Shown piece after piece: positions 61,366 to 64,000 of a stretch of 64,000 bases of DNA. Position 1 is the stretch's first letter, and the number at the start of each line of letters is the position of its first letter. Source of the DNA: Bilabrum cf. latius (Eukaryota); assembly GCA_965178125.1 (NCBI GenBank), contig OZ237754.1:930001-994000 (forward strand), given 5' to 3'. A program made the translations under genes and the position numbers. Under the pieces are notes generated by a model. That model made no database searches, had not been told where the DNA came from, and saw nothing but the letters and a program-made list of their open reading frames with translations.

Positions 61366-63345
61366 TAGGGTTGCAACCTCTAATTTGGGATCCCCCCGAT
61401 GTGTGGGATTTTCGGTTTGAACGGCAACTGCCATATATCTGCCCCAATATGGCAGGTACGTCTATGGTACTTTCTGAGACGTTTCCATTTACTGTATAGT
61501 TAAACAATGTGCGGTATGCATGCTGCGAAGAACTCTTGGACAGCAGCTCTAGGTGGCGATTCGATTCTAAATGGTTCAAGGAAAGCAAGCTGTAGGCGGC
61601 CAAATTCCAATTTTTCAAGTGGTCCTTCAGCAAAATCAACAATTTAACGCATACATGTACGTTTCTTGGTGAGCAAGGTTTCGTGAATTCAAGCTCTACG
61701 GCACAAGGATGGAGCAAAGTCAGCTCGCCCCCAGCAAAAAGGAGCTGACCGCCAAAACTGTCATAGGCAGCCGAGTAGGAAGTGTATGCTTACATTCGCA
61801 TCTCCAACGCTTTAGGACACATACCGCTTCAAGAGAACATCATTACCTATGCCAATTTTAGTCTGGTGCTTGAGAAAAAGCTCTGTGCTAGGCACGCTCA
61901 GTACAAACTCGTGACCGCGAAGTGGTTTGCTGCGTTCCTGAACCGAACTGGTAAAAAAGGAGGAAGCAGGAGCACTATGATATAGGCAGGTACAATGAAC
62001 GAGCCGTCTCCGTCAGAGATTTTAGTGGCAAGCCCCGGACTGTCGGACACCTCGTGCGGAGGGGCGACGACAGTCCTGGGGGGGGGCCGAGGCCACCGGT
62101 CACTGGGACTACGCGGCGCAGAGGACCGTGAACGACAAGGTCATGAATAAGCTCGTGAAGAAGTTTGAGGATCGCGACGACGCCCGCGAGCGCGCGCTGA
62201 AGAAGGCGCGGACCGAGGGCCCCAAAGCCGAGCCCCCGCACATGGTAGCCGAGCGGGAGGCAGGCAAGCCGCTCGACAAGTTTAGCCAGCAGGATTTGAT
62301 CGATACTACACTTGCGCAGCGTTCCGCGGGCGGCAAGCTAGCTGTTGAGGGCATGTGGAAGATGCGTGTGGACTACGCGGAAGGGCTGGCCAGGAAAGCT
62401 GCCAAGAGCTCACAACCTGCCGGTGGTCGCAAGCGCAAGCGGTCAGTCAAGACCGAGCTGGAGGGTGGCTCCATCATGATGCCCGAGTACTACGACGCGA
62501 AAAACCTGAGAGGCTACGTGGACCAGGAGGTTAAGTAGCTAGCATCTGCCTCTTCTGCAGTGTTTAAGTCTATTTCAGGCATCACCTCTGCAGCAGATGG
62601 CATCAAGGATGCAATGGCGCAGTTGCAGTCAGTTCCAGCAGGCACGGGACGCGGTCTACGGCGGAAAACCTCCGACGTGATGTCTCAACTCGCCAAAAAG
62701 GTAGATTAATTGGCTGTAAGTGCGGAGGAAGCTGAGAAGCTCCGAGCTATTGCGACAGAAGCACTACGCAAGGCGACAGCTGCAAAGCCAGAAACCCTGC
62801 TGAATGCTGAAGGGGCTGTGCCAGCTGAGCTCTAGAGCTAAATTGTTGCAGTTGGCCAACGTGACTTTTTTTAAATACACGATTATACAATTGGGACTGC
62901 CTAACGCGAAGAATACACCGAATCACCAGCAGTGGACCTGATACAAGATGTCCGTCGCTGAGGTGAACGGCAAGCTGTGCTCCTTGCTCCCGCAATATCT
63001 GATGGACCACCCATCAAACACGCATGCAAATCGTCAATTAAACATTGTTTTGATGATATTAAAACTATAGGAGAGTAAACTAAGGCTGCAACTAGGGTCC
63101 AAAAGCTGCATGAGCAACATCCCATACATAGAGGTCGCCTGTTCGCAGGCAGAAATCACCCTATATTCAGCGCCCTGTATCTCAGTACGTACTTATGGTA
63201 TGAAAAAATGGAAATGTGCTGAAAGTTCGTCAGAAGGTGCTTGATTACTTGGGAACAATGCCGAATACGCTACTTTGGACATTTCGATTCTGTTGCGTGT
63301 ACTAGATCGGACTAAAATATCCCAGACTTAGAGGTTGCAACCCTA
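61366..63345. mobile_element. Probable non-autonomous or degenerate hAT-like DNA transposon (1,980 bp)
   Basis: Perfect 18-bp terminal inverted repeats TAGGGTTGCAACCTCTAA (61366-61383) and TTAGAGGTTGCAACCCTA (63328-63345), extending imperfectly inward. The interior is less GC-rich than host genes. The 8-bp flanks match only 5/8 and no transposase motif was recognised. Confidence 0.65.
62128..62709 (+). CDS. Hypothetical ORF or gene fragment inside the TIR element
   Basis: Open frame through TAG 62536 to TAA 62707, with an NLS-like RKRKR. The 5' end is unclear, near a G-run that may mark a frameshift. Confidence 0.35.
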
Positions 63346-64000
63346 CCCTCCCCAACCCCTCCATTCGTCCCCCCCCCCCACCCCACCCCTGCTCCCCCCC
63401 CTAGCTGCTCTCTCTCTTTCACTCCTCCGCATCGCTACGTCGCATCTGAGCCTGCTCCTCGAGCGGGTCCTGCGCCCACCGAGCGACCTCAATCTCAGAG
63501 ACCTTGCTGGCCTCACCAACCATGATTGCACGCGTGCCTGCCAGCCGTGGTGTGTCTTGCAGGCTCGGAGTTGCAGTTCGTATTGCGGCATGCAAGTACT
63601 TGGGGTGGGGGCGGCCCATTGCTGGCGGAGGAGGAAGCCCACGCCATCCCTGTCGCCGTCTTTCTCAGCAATTGTACCCGGCAGGGATAGCATCCAGTGC
63701 CACAGATCCAGCGACTATCCAGGATGCCTGGTTACCAAACCTCCCACCAATAACTCGTGATCTATAGCCATTACTGACTAATTCGTCCTACTGTAGTTTA
63801 AATACTTACTGCACAGCTTCATCCGCGTGTGTCTGTATCCGTATTCTGGAATCCGGATCCGGATGCGGCGGCGCACCGAAGTAGCTACAGCTAAAGCACC
63901 GGATTCCATTTACACCAGTGCACGCATGGATCCTGATCCGGACATGACCCGGCTCCTCCCGCGTTGCCGCGCCCTACTCACTGCCTCGCACCGCTGCTGC

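Noticed and set aside
1-62709. Widespread pseudogenisation or sequencing errors as the cause of broken ORFs
   Set aside because: The interruptions are exclusively TAG, frames are preserved, and essential genes such as POLE are affected.
63847-63945. CCGGAT-rich cluster with a 10-bp inverted repeat (63847-63856 / 63899-63908)
   Set aside because: Could be subterminal repeats of another transposon, but it is too short and too near the window edge to support.

Overview
Compact, GC-rich eukaryotic nuclear DNA with GT-AG introns. The SPAG6/PF16 gene indicates a flagellate protist; a stramenopile-like host is only a guess. The fragmented ORF track is explained by a non-standard genetic code: TAG is a sense codon (best fit Gln) while TAA and TGA remain stops. 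Read that way, the fragments join into long intact genes: DNA polymerase epsilon, a ~2,670-aa DUF1800/DUF1501-type protein, Bax inhibitor-1, a Ser-rich type I membrane protein, an FHA protein, a D-threonine aldolase-like enzyme, a patatin phospholipase, an ankyrin protein and a 15-finger C2H2 array. SPAG6, transaldolase and tRNA-Leu(AAG) are also present. The first ~8 kb is the right end of an integrated Polinton-like-virus/virophage-like DNA element. It encodes a TVpol-SF3 helicase, a tyrosine recombinase, a possible BAF-like protein and orphan ORFs. It uses the host's TAG=sense code and ends in a 65-nt palindrome exactly where a host gene is cut off. Other features: a ~2-kb hAT-like TIR element and a dispersed in-frame motif GGTGCATCGCA (Gly-Ala-Ser-His). 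All calls come from manual translation and recalled family motifs; no searches were run.
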